A DNA stretch of 64,000 bases from the human T2T-CHM13v2.0 reference genome, Homo sapiens (GCF_009914755.1 NC_060931.1); one strand, 5' to 3'; positions 10,741 to 31,179 are shown, counted from the first letter of the stretch. Numbers and translations are program-made. Notes: generated from the sequence alone by a model not told the origin.

Positions 10741-13001
10741 TTGCTTTATCCAGTGAACTCACCATTGCCTTAATTGGGACCTTACCTTTTGTTCACAAAG
10801 GTAATAGACTACATTAGTCAATTAGGAGAATTAAGTGAAGGGTTGAAGGTTTGCTATATGCACCTATCTGTGCCTTTGAAAACTAACCTGGAGGGCATTT
10901 GTTATGCTTTCTCAAGGCTTCAGGAGCCATCTGGTTCTGACTTTAGCACCTAAACCATGGTCATTATAGGGAACTGCCTTTTAAAGTCCTTCTTCATGAG
11001 AAGTTATGTTTGAGAATCTTGCTAATGTTATAGGTTGAAAGCTCCTCTAATAAAGGTTTTTTTTATTTTTTTATTTTTTTATCCCAGACTATCTCTGCTT
11101 ATTATCATCAATTTCTTTAGCCTTAATTGGGCCTTCCATCCCCTCCTTTTTCTCTTGTAACAACCTAGTCTAGGAGCGGGTCAACAAGGACCTCCTGGAG
11201 TCAGCGCAGATGAATGGTACACTGAGAGGCAAGTGATACTGATTCGGAGCTAGATAACACTCTTGTATAAGAATTGCAAACACTGAAACCACATGTCAGT
11301 GCCTAAGACAGGCTTCCTGGCTGATGGGGATGACCTCTCCCCTGTCAAATGACTTATTTATATAATATCTCTGCTCATAAATCATATATGCTTTTGAGAT
11401 TGCTTTACTTTTAATCTGATGATAGTTAATGCTTTCGGAAGAAGTCAGAACAAGACATACAGAATATTATATAGTAAAAAAATGCCTACTTAAGGGACTG
11501 CTTTACTGGCTTTTAGAAGTACCATTATTATGCTAATAAGTCCAGGTTAAAAAGCAGGGCCCACCTCTGACTGGTTCAGACACACTTCTCACAAAGCACC
11601 ACCGTGAAAACATCTAACGCAGACCTAAGTATCTGAAAGCATCCTGTACTGTAGCGTTCCAGACAGGCGTGTGTTTCATTCTCTGTGGTTGGCATAGTCA
11701 CTTCCTGTTTGTTTCCTGCTGGCGCACGTCCAAGGAAAAGCCAGGTACCAAACTGAAACACTGGATGTAGTCTGCATCTTGCCAGAGGAAATGGATTGTT
11801 TAGTCTGGGTTTAAGCACAGGACGAGGCAGTTTCAAGTTTGGAGTAAGAGTGACACACAAGACACTCATGCAAGACAGACTTGATCCCTGAAGACCTGTG
11901 TGCAGCTGCATACATAGCAAGGCACAGAAGTGCTGAGATAAAATTAGAGACTCAGGGAGGAAAGGTCAGCTGGGACTAGCTGTGGGGACGGGGACTGATG
12001 AGTTGGTTACCTTTGGCATTTTAGTGTGATATTTTCAGAAGCAGCCAATTCAGGCCTCGCTTCTGTGCGGCAAGTAGTTGCCTATTGGTGTGGTTAAGCT
12101 TTCTTTTATAATAATTGATTTATAGAACCCTTTATTTTTTAAACATTATAGGCTATTTTAACTATAAAATTAAACGTAGAATGGATTCTTCTCTCTGCCT
12201 TACTCTAAATTAGTGGCTGTTATTTTATCGTGTTATTCAAATCACCCTAGCATATCTTTACATATATAGTATTCAGATCTTAAAGAATTAAAATTAAAAA
12301 TAGATAGATCATTTATGAAACTCTGAATCTCTTGTTTCAGCTCTTATTGGCCATAAAGGAATACAGAACTCTTATCACAGATTGTCGGTGGGGTTTGAAT
12401 TGTGACTTACTTGACCAGGAGAGGAAAGTGAGGAATGAATGGGTGGCACCTTATTAAATGAATGAGTTGACTGGAGTTGTTTCCCTTTTTTTTCTAATTC
12501 CAAAGAGTATACACTACCGAATTGGGGTTTCTTCTTTCCTTCTCATCCTGTAGCAAATCTTTCTGTCTCTCTGACCATCTCTTCTGGTTTTCTAAAATTC
12601 AAAGATTTTGAACACTTTGGAGAAAATCAAAGAACATCTAAAGCCATTTAATTTGAATTGTTTATTTTATTGGCACTAGATGTAAACAGCTTTTTGTTCA
12701 AGGCTAAGATTCTTTTAATTCTCCTTTTTTTTTCTTGGTAAGGTCATAGGAGAGCACAGTGTTTAATCAAGGCTTCAACAGTAAAAGACTAGATTTAATT
12801 TGAAAACCCAGAGAGTTCGAATTTATTCAATTCAGGTTTGCACCTAGGGTTCACTAAATCAGGTCTTGTTCATGGTACAAGGGATATAGCACCTATATGT
12901 GAATGAGACACACAAGGTCCTTTTGTGGAGCTTTTAACCTCTTTCTGAAATTTGTCTGTACTGTACCTCTGACAAAGTCCTTAGGGTGTTTTCATATATA
13001 G

Positions 13002-13339
<338 letters not shown>

Positions 13340-14251
13340 TAACATTTTATTCCTTATAGCCTTTAGTTATATGTAAAAAGTAGATTCACATAATAAATAC
13401 AGCTGTAATTACTTAGTGGATCATATTACTGAATAATTTCTGGACCCTAGCAGCCAAACCATAAAAGTGTTACTTACAGTTGAATAAACATTTACTAAAT
13501 CTTGCAGTGGGTAAAGCACTGTGTTGTAACAGCATGGGTGATACAGAAATGGATCAAACATTGTTCCTGCTCTCAAGGAATTTATAATCCTGGTGGGAAA
13601 AGTGAGCATTTGCACAAGCACCTCTACCAGGAGGTGCTTTAGTAGATGTACAGTGTACATAACAGTTTGTCTTTGGTTCCTGTTCCTGCTATGGTGACTT
13701 AGGGGAGGGGGTTGGTAGGTGCAAATTTGACTTCCTGAAGTTAGTCCTCTATGCAGAAAATAAAGTTGTTTGACTTTCTCCCCAATTTTGGCCTTGAGCT
13801 ACTTCCTGGACTTATTACCCCAAACTTTCATTATTTCTTCCTTAAAATATCCCATTATTTAAATTGACTGCAGTTAGCTCCTAGGTGCTTCTACATGAAG
13901 ATTCGATACTTAAAGGCAGACTTTAAGTATTTAACACAGACTTAAAGACTTTAACACAGACTTAAAGGCAATGGTGGACCCTTAAAGACAAGGGTAGCTG
14001 TGAAGGGAAACACCACTGAGTTCTCACCCTGCACCTGCTCCTCTCCACCCTACTGTAGAACACAGTGCCTTGCCCATTGCAAGAATTTAGTAGATGTTTG
14101 TTCAACTGTAAGTAACACTATTATGGTTTGGCTGCTAGGGTCCAGAAATTATTTAGTAATATGGTCCACTAAGTAATGACAACTGTATTTAACTCCACAC
14201 CACTGTGGAGAGGGGTAGGTACAGGGTGAGAACTCAGCAGTGTTTCCCTTT

Positions 14252-14380
14252 TCAGCCAACCCTGGAACAATATGGATTTGAACTGCATAGGTTCACTTAT
14301 ACATGGATTTTTTCCCAAAACAACTTGGATCAAAAATACTACACTTGCTAGATGTGAAATCTGTATATACATAAGGCTGA
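14252..14380 (+). mobile_element. MER8/Tigger2-like DNA transposon fragment
   Basis: accctggaacaatatggatttgaactgcataggttcacttatacatggatttt matches the Tigger2-family terminus. Confidence 0.7.
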
Positions 14381-14548
14381 TAGGACTAATTCAGTTTGGT
14401 TTAATATAGTTCAGATGCATTATTCTGGCCTTAGGAGCTCTGCCTGCTTAACTTTCTTAGGATGATGAATGTAACTTATGCCAAAATTGAGTAATGAGTA
14501 ATGGCTTCACTGTGGTTTTTCCTAATTTGCTGTTTTAAAATTTTAGTT

Positions 14549-14874
<326 letters not shown>

Positions 14875-15479
14875 TCACTTAAGTCTCATTGACTGATTAT
14901 TAACCAGTCTAAGTATTTTAAATATTTGTAAGTAATTAGTCTGCTGTGTGAATGGCTTGAGTAGTCATTAAAGTGGAATGTTGATTTTATTTATTTATTG
15001 GAAACATTTCTATTTTTGTTGAACTCTCCTTCCTTTGTAGTTGAAATATTACGGCGGCCTTTGTTTATTTGGCTCTTTAATTTGGTCCCACACAAAAGGG
15101 ACCAAACTTGAGAGTGCTGCTATTAAACAGGGGACCTGTTGGATCCGGTTAGATCTGAGGCCATGGTCAAACAAGTGAATCCCATGTATACCCAAGCCCC
15201 TTGCTGAAGACCTGGAACTCGTTTCTAAAGTCACAGACAACAACCCCTAAACATGGCCCATCATAATCGCAGTGTGTTAGCTGGGGATCAGACAAACTTA
15301 TTCATTCCCTTTACCAGTCGTGGGAACACTGGATGGCATCAGCAGATGTCCATTTAGGACCCAGCCTTTCACGAGGGCAGAGCATTCATATAAACATTCT
15401 TCTCTCTCCTCCTCAGTAGTCGTGGAAATAACCATGGATAAGTCACCTGACCAGGGTTTAAATCCTGGGGATTTGGTAG

Positions 15480-17878
<2,399 letters not shown>

Positions 17879-19504
17879 AATGTTCAGTCATTCTACAATA
17901 AAGTCCTAGGTTCAAGAACTTAAGATTAATAGTTGGTGACACTGCAAAGGCACACATCTATGAGTGGTGAATCCAAGATGCTGATAGATATATACACTCA
18001 TAGTTTCTACTTCTGGTAAGCTTTAGTCAAACATGGTCACTTTTGTTATCTTTTAACAAATTAATTTTTTATAGTGAAAATTTAGATTATTTGGAGAAAT
18101 CTATAAAATCCATTTTTCTCTCCAATTTAGTGAGCAATATGCTTACAGACTCTGGAAACAGATAAAGCATGGTCCTTGCACAGTAGATGAATGTAAACAG
18201 TACTCAGTGTACTCATGCTCTTGTGTCTCTAAGGTGCCTCTGCTTTTCTTAACCATTAAGAATAAAATACAGGAATGTTGGTGCTAGAGGGACTTATTTT
18301 ATAAATGAAAAAATAGTTCATTGGAGGTAAAATCTTGGCCAAGGTCACTCACACATGTTCTTCCACAGAGTACTAGGAATATAAAGGGCCCTCAGTTACT
18401 AGTTAGTGAATGAGTTAGGTTTGGAGACCTCCAGAGCTTCCCCTGGATTTGGGAGTGAGCACTGTTGGATTTGAAAGGCTCAGTGGTCACCTGACTCCAA
18501 ACAACAGGCTGTTGACTTCCCCTCCTGCTCTTTCCAAGGGATGTTTGTGGTGGCTGTTGTGCGGCTAGCTGACATTTCTGGCCTGTTGAAGCCAGAAGGT
18601 GTTTAGAATCTAGAGTAGTCATCTCCCTGCTAAACAGCTAGAGGTCTGGTCTGAGTAGATTTGTTCTCAGCAGCTGTAGTTTGTGATGGTAATCTTCTCT
18701 AAGGTTGCAGTGTGAGGGTGGGGCTTGGCAGGGCAAAGGAGTATCTTAGTAGCCTTCCCATTAAATCTGCTACCTAGAAGGGAATTCCTAATAGAGAAAG
18801 AAGAGACACTTATTGTGCTACCCTTTGTTCATGTATGTTCTCTTTTAAGCCACCCCTTTTATCCCACAACCCTTTAAAATGCTGGCAAAGGAAGAGTGTG
18901 TGTTTCTTTTCTTTCTTTCTTTCTTTTTTAATTGACAGGAGAATTGGAGGTCCAGAGAAGTTACTTGCCTAAAATTCTGTATTACATTGAAGGGGTACTG
19001 GCAGGGCAGGTGATGGGACAGTACACTTACTTGGAAGAGACTGTGTCTTCTGAGTTAAGATCCTTTCCATTTTTCATAGTTGTTTGAGTATGGATAGTTT
19101 GTGTATAAGAGTTATTAGGGAGCTCTTCTAGGCCTTGACGTGAAATTCTAATAAAGAGCCACCCCAGCAGTAAGCATCCAGTGCTACGATTCTGTGACTG
19201 TTTGGCTGGTGCTCACAGTTAGGATCAATGGCTAATTAAAATGAAAAGGTGCATTGATTACTAACCAATAACAACTTATTCTGCCACTCTCAAGTAAAGA
19301 CAAACCCTTGGACTCCCCTGAACTTGTTTCACCTAGGTCCTTTCTGTTAATGTAGAACAGGAAGCATATAGTTAGAATTTAGAAGTCTATGTGATTAATA
19401 AAGGAGTGTTTTTAAAGTAGATAATTTGAATACTTTCAGTTGTCTTTTAGCTTGCTGAACTTCATCTCTTTCTCATGCCTTCCCTTTGCTCACTTTGAAC
19501 TCAG

Positions 19505-19735
19505 AAACTTGAGAGGAGTTACATTATACAGTGGGTACAGACCCCTAGGTTTGAATCCAGGCTCTGTCATTTACTCTCTGTGTGATAATTGTTTACTTAA
19601 CCTCTCTGTGCCAGAACTTGTTACATGGAGAAATAATATGTCATCATATTGCAATGATGATTAAATGAGTTAATACATACAAAATGCTTAAAAGAGTACC
19701 TGGCATGAAATATGAACTCAGAACATGTTAGCTGT
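19505..19735 (+). mobile_element. MIR SINE
   Basis: ggtttgaatccaggctctg...ttacttaacctctctgtgcc...gattaaatgagttaatacat core. Confidence 0.75.
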
Positions 19736-20508
19736 TTATTGTTAAAAGTACTTATAAAGAATATTATTACTACCACTGCTACTACAACTACAGCTCTTCT
19801 GGTCCAAGTTGAATTACCTGTAATTCAGTTGTACTTTAAAAAGGGCTAAAGGTGGCTTGTGTTTTATATATACCTTCCTTTTTTAGCAGCTGGAATGTTC
19901 AGGGATCATAGGAGAGCGAGCCCTGTTCACAGGCATGCTGTAAAATCCCTTCCTGATTCCCTTGACTGTGCTTTCTAAGCACCTGGGAAAGCATTCCTGT
20001 TGGACTGGATCTAGCTCAGGGTATTGCAAGCTCACTTAGTGTGGGAAAACCAAACACATTTTAAGCAAATGAACTAGATTTAGAGATTAGCGAAAAGTCC
20101 TAATTTTAGTACCAGCCTGGGTACAACACATAAAAGGAGAAATACAGCCAATGCTCCTGGTTCACTTTCTGATTTTTCGAGATTACCTGATTCCTTGGAA
20201 AACTAGTAACACAAATGTGGGCATAGAGAAAATAATTTTCCTTCCTTTCGGATTTAGATAGGAAACAGGAACAGATTGTCCCAAAAGGTATCTACTGTCC
20301 TGATGTAGCACTTGCTGTGAATCTCTAAGCCTTTTTTCTTGTAATTTCTGGAAAGTTCCTGGCTTCCAGGAATTATAGCTGGAATCCCTCAGTACCTGCA
20401 TGTTTCAGGCACACAGTTAAATGGGATTAAAGTGCAGTTATATAATTAAACAGAACTTCCTCCTGAGTTGTGTTTTAACACCTGGTCTCTTCCTGTCCTG
20501 ATCAACAG

Positions 20509-20687
20509 GTATCTCAGATGAAGACATCATCAACATTACTCTTCCTACTGGAGTCCCCATTCTTCTGGAATTGGATGAAAACCTGCGTGCTGTTGGGCCT
20601 CATCAGTTCCTGGGTGACCAAGAGGCGATCCAAGCAGCCATTAAGAAAGTAGAAGATCAAGGAAAAGTGAAACAAGCTAAAAAATAG
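20509..20687 (+). CDS. BPGM: BPGM last coding exon (residues 201-259 and stop)
   Basis: Acceptor ctcttcctgtcctgatcaacag|; phase-1 join gives [62 protein letters not shown] at 20685-20687. 601+179=780 nt = 259 aa. Not in the ORF track because it has no own start codon. Confidence 0.99.
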
Positions 20688-21470
20688 TCTTTCTCAACTG
20701 TTGGCTAAGAAGAAATGCAAAAGAAGTGGCATAGGAGTGTGTTATGGGTGCTGAACTCTCTCTCTTTTTCCCCGATTTTCCAGAGCTAGGCTGTGGAGTA
20801 GAGTTTGTATAGGTAACTAGGTAACTTATTGTGGCCCAGATAAGGCTTTAGGATGCCTCAGTGCTTATGTCATAGCCTTATGAGTTAGCTTTCTTGCTAG
20901 CCCCCTAGTCGGTCACCAAACTAGTAACTAGTGGGGCTTAATGAAGGTCATAAGTTTCTGAGATGGGAGAGCAACAAGTAGAGATGAAGTTAAAGGTATT
21001 TATCATTCAAGAAATCATTATTGAGTCACCATTGACAGGCACTATTCTAATCAGTAGTTCACTTTAATATTTAATAAGATTTTCTGGGATAACAGTAAGG
21101 GATATTAGATAATATACCGTATGTATTTATTACTAGTCTTTTCCTCTAGGAAAAGGGATACTTTGATAATTAAGGCCAGAGGCCCATTAGTTGAGAAAGT
21201 CACAGATATATTTCTCCAAGAAAGCCAACAACCACCACCACAATGACAGAAATGACAACAAGGCCCTTTAACTTGTCTTCTAGTTTAGAGACATCCTTCA
21301 TTTGACATTTAGTAGAATTCCTCTTTGGCCACAAGAATAAGCAGCAAATAAACAACTATGGCTGTTGAGGTTCTCATTTTGGTTTGTTTTAATTTTTTGA
21401 ACTTTGGGTACCTGTAATTAGTTTAAAAATAAAGTTCCTGATAATAAAGTGACTGAAAATGGCATCCCCA
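20688..21470 (+). other. BPGM: BPGM 3' UTR
   Basis: Repeat-free sequence after the stop codon, ending after an AATAAA cluster and before a GT-rich element. The 3' end is approximate. Confidence 0.85.
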
Positions 21471-21495
21471 AAGTGTCTCCGTGTGTTTGGTGAAT
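21347..21495 (+). terminator. Polyadenylation region: AATAAA at 21347, 21428 and 21443, downstream GU-rich element
   Basis: Three exact hexamers; gtgtctccgtgtgtttggtg follows at about 21473-21492. Confidence 0.85.
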
Positions 21496-22618
21496 TTTAG
21501 GTAGGCTTCTAAACTAGTCTTTGACTCATACTTTCCTGTAACACTCAAAGAATTGCACTTATTTCAACACAACAGACACTCATGATTTTCTATATGTTGA
21601 AGCATGAAGCAGGGAAGGTAGAATACAGTGCATGTAACTTCATTCACATAAGCAGAGGGAATGGTATATTGGGGCTTGTGACATAAATTTGTTCATTAAC
21701 TGATGGCAAAAGATTATGGTATGTAGCACGGAGCAGTCAGGGTAGGCCATGGACACGATTGCATATCTGTCTTAATGATACTCTTTTGCACTATGTTTTA
21801 GATGCTGTGGGTACGTAAGTCATCATTTCTTTAAGCCGTTGACTCTGTTTCAAAGCAGGTCACATATATTTCGATGATAAAGTCATGTAAAATATTTGTA
21901 GCTATAATACCTGTTATAGATATTTTCCATTTTTTTCATGGTTTTTCATTGGATTAGTTTATTTTTATCCACTTTATAGTACAATTGGCATTTGAAGAAT
22001 ACTAACTTTAAAGTATTTTTGCTACTGCTTTGTCTCCATTTGATTATTAACGCAAGACTTTTAACGATTAGCCAAAGAAGATGGTTGAAAAGAAGAACCT
22101 GCTCTGCCTGCAGCTGGCCACATCTGTGATGCCTAAGGACATGGAATGTGGATGCTTTACATTTATTAATTACCTACTATTGGTTTCTCTAGTGTAGCCC
22201 CTTCGTTTTAGTGGTGTTGATTAACCAAGTAATACTCTAGAATTCAAATATCAGGGTCAAGAATGCAACTACCAGATGATGTTCGTAGAATTCCAAACCT
22301 ATGGCTAGGCTGCCATAGTGATATTCACACCATTTTTGAATATCATCATCTCTGGAACTGGCCTCTGAGTTTTCCAGCCCAAGGGGTGACCATGTCTTAA
22401 TGTACTTCAAGATCCTAGAGTTGGATTCTTCCATTGTCCTGCATCAAGGTATCTTCTTCCAGGGAACCTTCTGGCAGCATGATGTGCTTCTGCACACAAA
22501 GCAACTGTCATATCCAGTCACTTTAGAATCTCACAGGCTTCCCAAGAAAAGGATGATTTTTGCTAATACAGTACTCTGTGATACAATTTGGTCTTACTGT
22601 TTTTGAGATCTTGGCTGA

Positions 22619-22937
<319 letters not shown>

Positions 22938-23176
22938 AAGACATTTTTTTAAATGTCACTTAAAATTAGTTAACAACTCCAGCACTTCAACCTTAGGATC
23001 ACCTAGTGAACCTGTTTTCTTTGCATTGTTAACAGTTTATCCAGAATTTCTGATGCAGGAATCTTGAAGGCTGCTTATTCTCTATCCCAGTCTTGGCATC
23101 CTTCTATTCTGAGGCTGGGACAGAAATTAGGGATTTATTTTCTCCTATAAAAAAAAAAGAGGGAATGACAATGACC

Positions 23177-23309
23177 AGCCCAGCCATGGTGGCCCCTGCC
23201 TGTAATCCCAGCACTCTGGGAGGCTGAGGCAGGAGGATTGCTCGAGCTGAGAAATTCGAGAGCAGCCTAGGCAACATAGCAAGACTTTGTCTCTACTGAA
23301 GAAAAAAAA
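23177..23309 (+). mobile_element. Free Alu monomer (FLAM_C-like)
   Basis: Single left-arm-type monomer with A tail. Confidence 0.85.
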
Positions 23310-23984
23310 GACAGCCTATCTAGGAATTAGGTCCTTGGAGGAGGCAGCCTATCCTGCTGCCAGTTTAGGCTTTCCCTGGAGCCAGCTATGCATGTCTCCT
23401 CTGCCCAGGCTGAGATGATTGTCCCATGTGGGTCAGTGTGGCAAGATAAAGGCAATAGCAACATCAGCTGCTCCCAGAGTTTTAACTTTTAAAAAGCCTC
23501 TCAAACTAGTACCGTATCCCAGTACACTGAGAATGGTTTTTCTAAAAGAGCAGTACTGCATCAGAAGAGAAGATTTTGCATTGTGTAGTACCAATATGGG
23601 CATCAAATTAACGAAATATCCTTGGTTAGAATACATTATGGCTAATGTATTTTTCCTTGATAAGGTGTGCAAGGAAGATGAATGTGATGATCTATTTCCA
23701 AGCTCAACCAGACTCTTTTGCTCAACATTTGTAAGTTATTTCTCATCCCAGGTTGTGACCACGTTTATTAACATGCAGTTCCCAATGTGCACATTAATAA
23801 CAGTTGTTATTTGTCTCCTGGCCTGGAATTTCGACTTGTATGTAATCTATATTATCTCTGGTTACTATTTAGAAGCCTGTTAGCTTGCTGTGTGTGACTT
23901 CTGCAAGATGATGTGGGATAATTTGGTAACTCTGATGTTCAAGTGCATAAAGATGAAAATGTTGCTGAGACTATTTTTACTACG

Positions 23985-24143
23985 TAATTCTGAAACAATT
24001 ATGTAGCGTTAAAAATGAGTATAAATGTATTGATGTTATTGTAAGTGAGGTTACTCACCATGGGAGAAGAAAGATACGGAATGGAGGAAGGTAAGGAAGG
24101 ACCATGTGGTATATTGGTTCTGGATGAGAGGTGTTTGTGTAAG

Positions 24144-24179
<36 letters not shown>

Positions 24180-25140
24180 TTTCCACTCTCTTTCCCCCAA
24201 GCCCCTCCCTACTAACTCTGGCTCTGTCTTCTGAAAGGGCCTAGAAACAATAACCCAGAAACAACAAACACACTGAATTCCTTCAATCTTGGTTCATAAA
24301 CACTATTCCACAGAAGCAGGCATGTTTGGGGAAATGCCTGCTTCCAGGTTTGAGGCAGATGAAGCATAAGGTGAACTTTGAGCACTTTTCTGACTCATCA
24401 AGATGTTACAAGACTGATGGGACACAGACATTTGCTTGAAGGACCAAATTTGGGGCAATTTAAAGTAAGAAAAAGAATGATGGTAATGAATTATAGAACA
24501 TTGAATTCAAAAAATAGTGCCTAAGACCATAAAGGTATTTTTTTAAAGGTGGGGAGAGAAAAAGGAGACATAAATATATACTGTTTCTTTACAGAAGATT
24601 GCCAGCTTCCATTGGTAATAATGGATGCAAGCAAGGACTATTAATGGATGCTAAAACCACTGGGCTTTTAGAGAACTGAACATTCGCATAGTCTTATAAT
24701 AAACTTATTAATTACAAAGAAAAAATGTATCTTCACAATGGAGAGATCCCTTAGACACTACTGCAACCGAGTGATTAACCTTAAAATCTCCAATGGATGG
24801 GTCAAATAGATAGTATGTGATTTTATGCATGTCCTTGTTATTATAAATCAGTGGGAGGTACCTATCACTTAGTCTTCTTCCCAAAAACTTTTTATCTAAA
24901 TCTAATAATGAGAAAGCAATATGACACATTCAAAATACAGGATACCCTAAAAGACAACTGGTTTGGACTTTTAAAAAATATCAAGGCCAAAAAATAAACA
25001 CAAAAATATGAAGGGACAGTTCCAGATTAAATGACACTATAGGGACATGATAGTGAAATGTAATTCGTGAACTTTAATTGGATCTTTAGCTTGTAAAAAT
25101 TTACAAAGAATATTTTGGGGCACTTGGGAAAATTAAAATA
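23985..25140 (+). mobile_element. Highly diverged old L1 (L1MC/L1ME-like) fragments
   Basis: A-rich degenerate L1 3' region motifs (ccctaaaagacaactgg, ccagattaaa...gacatga, atattttgggg); boundaries approximate. Confidence 0.55.
24145..24177. repeat. (TG)n microsatellite, about 16 units
   Basis: Direct reading. Confidence 0.97.
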
Positions 25141-25148
25141 TGTGTCTA

Positions 25149-25638
<490 letters not shown>

Positions 25639-25659
25639 TTAGAGACAGAAAGCAAACAC

Positions 25660-27138
<1,479 letters not shown>

Positions 27139-27410
27139 TACAGTAAATGTCATAGCTGATGAATTGAGGAAATGATTTGTAATGTTGTATTATTCTACTA
27201 TCATCTCAGCATTTCTGTAGGTTTGAAATTTTTTTAAAAAACTAGAAAAAATAAAGTGACAGAGGAAAAAATTGGTAAGTTTAACAATGTTGTGTTTAGT
27301 ATAGTCATTAAAACATGTCTTATTCAGAGTGAGGTGCCTGGTTTTTTTGACTTTTTAGTCTTGAAACCTCAGTCTTTGTTAAGTAAGAGAAAGATAAGAG
27401 AAAGCCTTCT

Positions 27411-27738
<328 letters not shown>

Positions 27739-27914
27739 TAAGTCTGTATTATCTTGTCAAGAAACAAATTGTATACTTATTTTATTTCTATTATCTTTGA
27801 GGCTACAGCTTGCATCAGACCAGCAATGAGCTTGTGTGCTGAAACAACAAATCTGAAACACGATTATGACTGCCATCACCTTGCAGTTAACCAATAGTAA
27901 TGGAATTCCTTTCT

Positions 27915-28158
<244 letters not shown>

Positions 28159-29544
28159 TTCTCGTGAACTTAACCCTAACCACACAGTATTGAAGAGGGA
28201 ATGTCTGCCCAACCACACTGCTTTGTATCTGCCTGAGAGGAAAATTCTCTGGATGTCGTGTTGAACTGGATGGGGAATCAGACAGAGCTGGAGTTTGTAT
28301 TAGTCAGATTAATTGCATAAAATCTACCCTTAGTGGGAAGACTCTTAGGAGTAATTGAACCTAGACCTTGACATATGTAACCTCTGAAGCAGAGGGGCAA
28401 AGGCCAACACATAGCTCTGCAACACAATTGAGGCTATGTAATCCATCCCGACACTCATTCTGTAGAATACTCATTAGAATTCTCCAGACCTAAGGCCGCT
28501 GGCCATAGGTTAGCTAGTCAGTATTTTTATCTCTGAGGATGCCTGCTAGGATCCTGGGATTGGATTGCAGGGAATGTTACTTGTAGCTGGAATTCCAGGT
28601 ACTCTCCCAGGAGTCTTGGTATTTTATATCGTTTTTAAAATCTTTGTTTCTGTACGTAGACACTGGGGGTCAGTATTTATTCATAAATGCCTCTGGATAT
28701 TTATGACAAAAGATTGTTTCTAAAGAGGCTTGGAATTCCTTCCTCGGTGCGACTTCTTTCCCTGATTATTAACTATAGAGTTTACCCTATGTAACCATAA
28801 AATGTAAATATAAACATCATAGATGTCCATGGATCAGAATATGGGAAAGGGGCAGGCAGTTTTCCATCTAAAATACGAATGAATACCAAGTACTCGTTTG
28901 TTTCTAGACACTTGTTTGGCAATGTTGGTCCCACCAGTGCACCCAGATGTCTAGCCAGCATCTTGACAATCACCCTTGACTTTTCTTCTTCTGATGGTTA
29001 TGAAGTCCTGCTGATTCCGTCACCTCTTACCTTGCAAATTCATCCCCTCTCCATCCCCACTGTTCTGCCTTGAGTTAAGCCCTCATCTTTTCTCTTTCAA
29101 CATTTCAGCAGCCTTCTAGCTGATCCCCTTGCTTCCGCTTTTACTCTCCTCTGGTCCTCTCCAGACAGTCGTCAGGGTAATTCTTCAGACCTTCAGAGGT
29201 CCAGCACCCCTCCTAGGCTCTGCCTTTGCACCCGCTGTCCCCTTGGCCTTGAACTACCCTCCATCACCCACCCCACCTTGCCCTCTTTTCATTGCCTGCC
29301 TAATATCTGCTCATCTTTCAGGGTTCGTAACAGTCTCCTGTGGAGCCCTGTGATCGACTCTTGCTGGATCTGGCTTGTTCACTTGTCTGTTCGCTTCACT
29401 GGCAGGAGAACTGAATGGATTTAAGTCTGGGTGCCAGCCAAAGTCATGCAAACTTAAACTCCAGAATTCCCTAGAATTATCCACTTGGGGGGCCAAACTG
29501 CCCACTGTTTTAGATTTGTTCTTTAAAATATTTCTCGCAGCTGG

Positions 29545-29905
<361 letters not shown>

Positions 29906-31179
29906 TGATCTGACCTGTCTGTTCTCTGCGGCTGTCTTCCTACCATGCCAATACATGGAAGCAGAGGTGGAAATCCTACCACTGCCGGACAGGAAGGCAG
30001 GTGAGGCTAAGTAGCCTGTCAGCACCGAGCCCTTCTCCATAGGCAGCTGCTATAATGGTACAGAAACAGGTTACTTATGGAGTTGCAACCTGTTTTTAAC
30101 CTGTAATTATAGAGTTAAATATAACCATATAAACATCTTGAAAATAAGTGGGAAAGATTCCCTAATGTTCCCATCCTAAGAACTATTTTATTTCTTTCTT
30201 TCTATATGCATGTTTCACTTAGACATATTCTTGATTTATATTCATATTTTATTCTTGTCTTTATCATAAGGATTTCTCCATGTTGTATAGACTTCAAACA
30301 ATTTTACTCCATGGCTGAACACTGTTGCATCATTTGGATAGAACTTAAATGTCCAACAGGAAAAAAAAATTAGGTGCTTTCAATGTTTTGCTGTAAGTAA
30401 TGTCTAAATATTTAAAAACTCAACCAAGCTAATAAACTGCTATATAAAATATGTTTTGTATATTTTTTATGCCTTGAAAAATATACCTTTATAACAAAAA
30501 GTATTTTAAAATATATAAAGCCATTTTATATGACTAAAAGCCACCACGCATCATCAAGGATGGTGATGACAGTCTTCTCTGAAAAGGTTTCATATATATT
30601 GAACTTTGAATGATTTTGTGTGTGTTTGCGTAAGTGTGTGTGTGTACCTGTACATGCGCTCCAGGCTGAAGAAGTAACAAGTGCAATAGTCCTGAGACAG
30701 AAGAGAGTGTTTAGGCAACAGATAATAGGTAAGGTCAGTGTAACCTGAACAACTTGAAGAAGGTGTTTAGGCAACAGACAACAGCTAAGGTCAGTAGTGA
30801 AGGCTGAAGTGGTGTAGGATGGGATTGGGGAGGTAGGCAGAAGCCAAATTGAGCCATGGTAGGGTGAACGGAAGATAGGAAAGGTCTTCCAAGCCAAAGA
30901 GTAGCCCAGTAGCCCATGCCCTCATTGCCACTGAAGAGCTTCTGCCATCTGAGCATGTAATCTCTCCAAGACAACATTTACGTTCTTGTGTAAACATAGA
31001 TCATTGTGTAGCATAATCTCTATAAGAATTGTAATTCCTATCATATTTAAAAAGAGAGTAACAAGGAGACTTCAGTGTTTCTAAATGCACCCCTTCTGAA
31101 AGCATTTAAATCTTGATTTTAAATTTTATCATTTAGCTACAATGAATAAGCTCCCCTGGGTCATTCTCTAATGGCAATT

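Noticed and set aside
22237-22530. Coding-like unique sequence as a processed pseudogene
   Set aside because: No recognisable protein in the frames I read, and no poly(A) or TSD; a BLAST search would be needed.
23419-23883. 154-aa ORF downstream of BPGM
   Set aside because: Non-ATG start, no motif, no supporting splice or promoter context; chance-length ORF.
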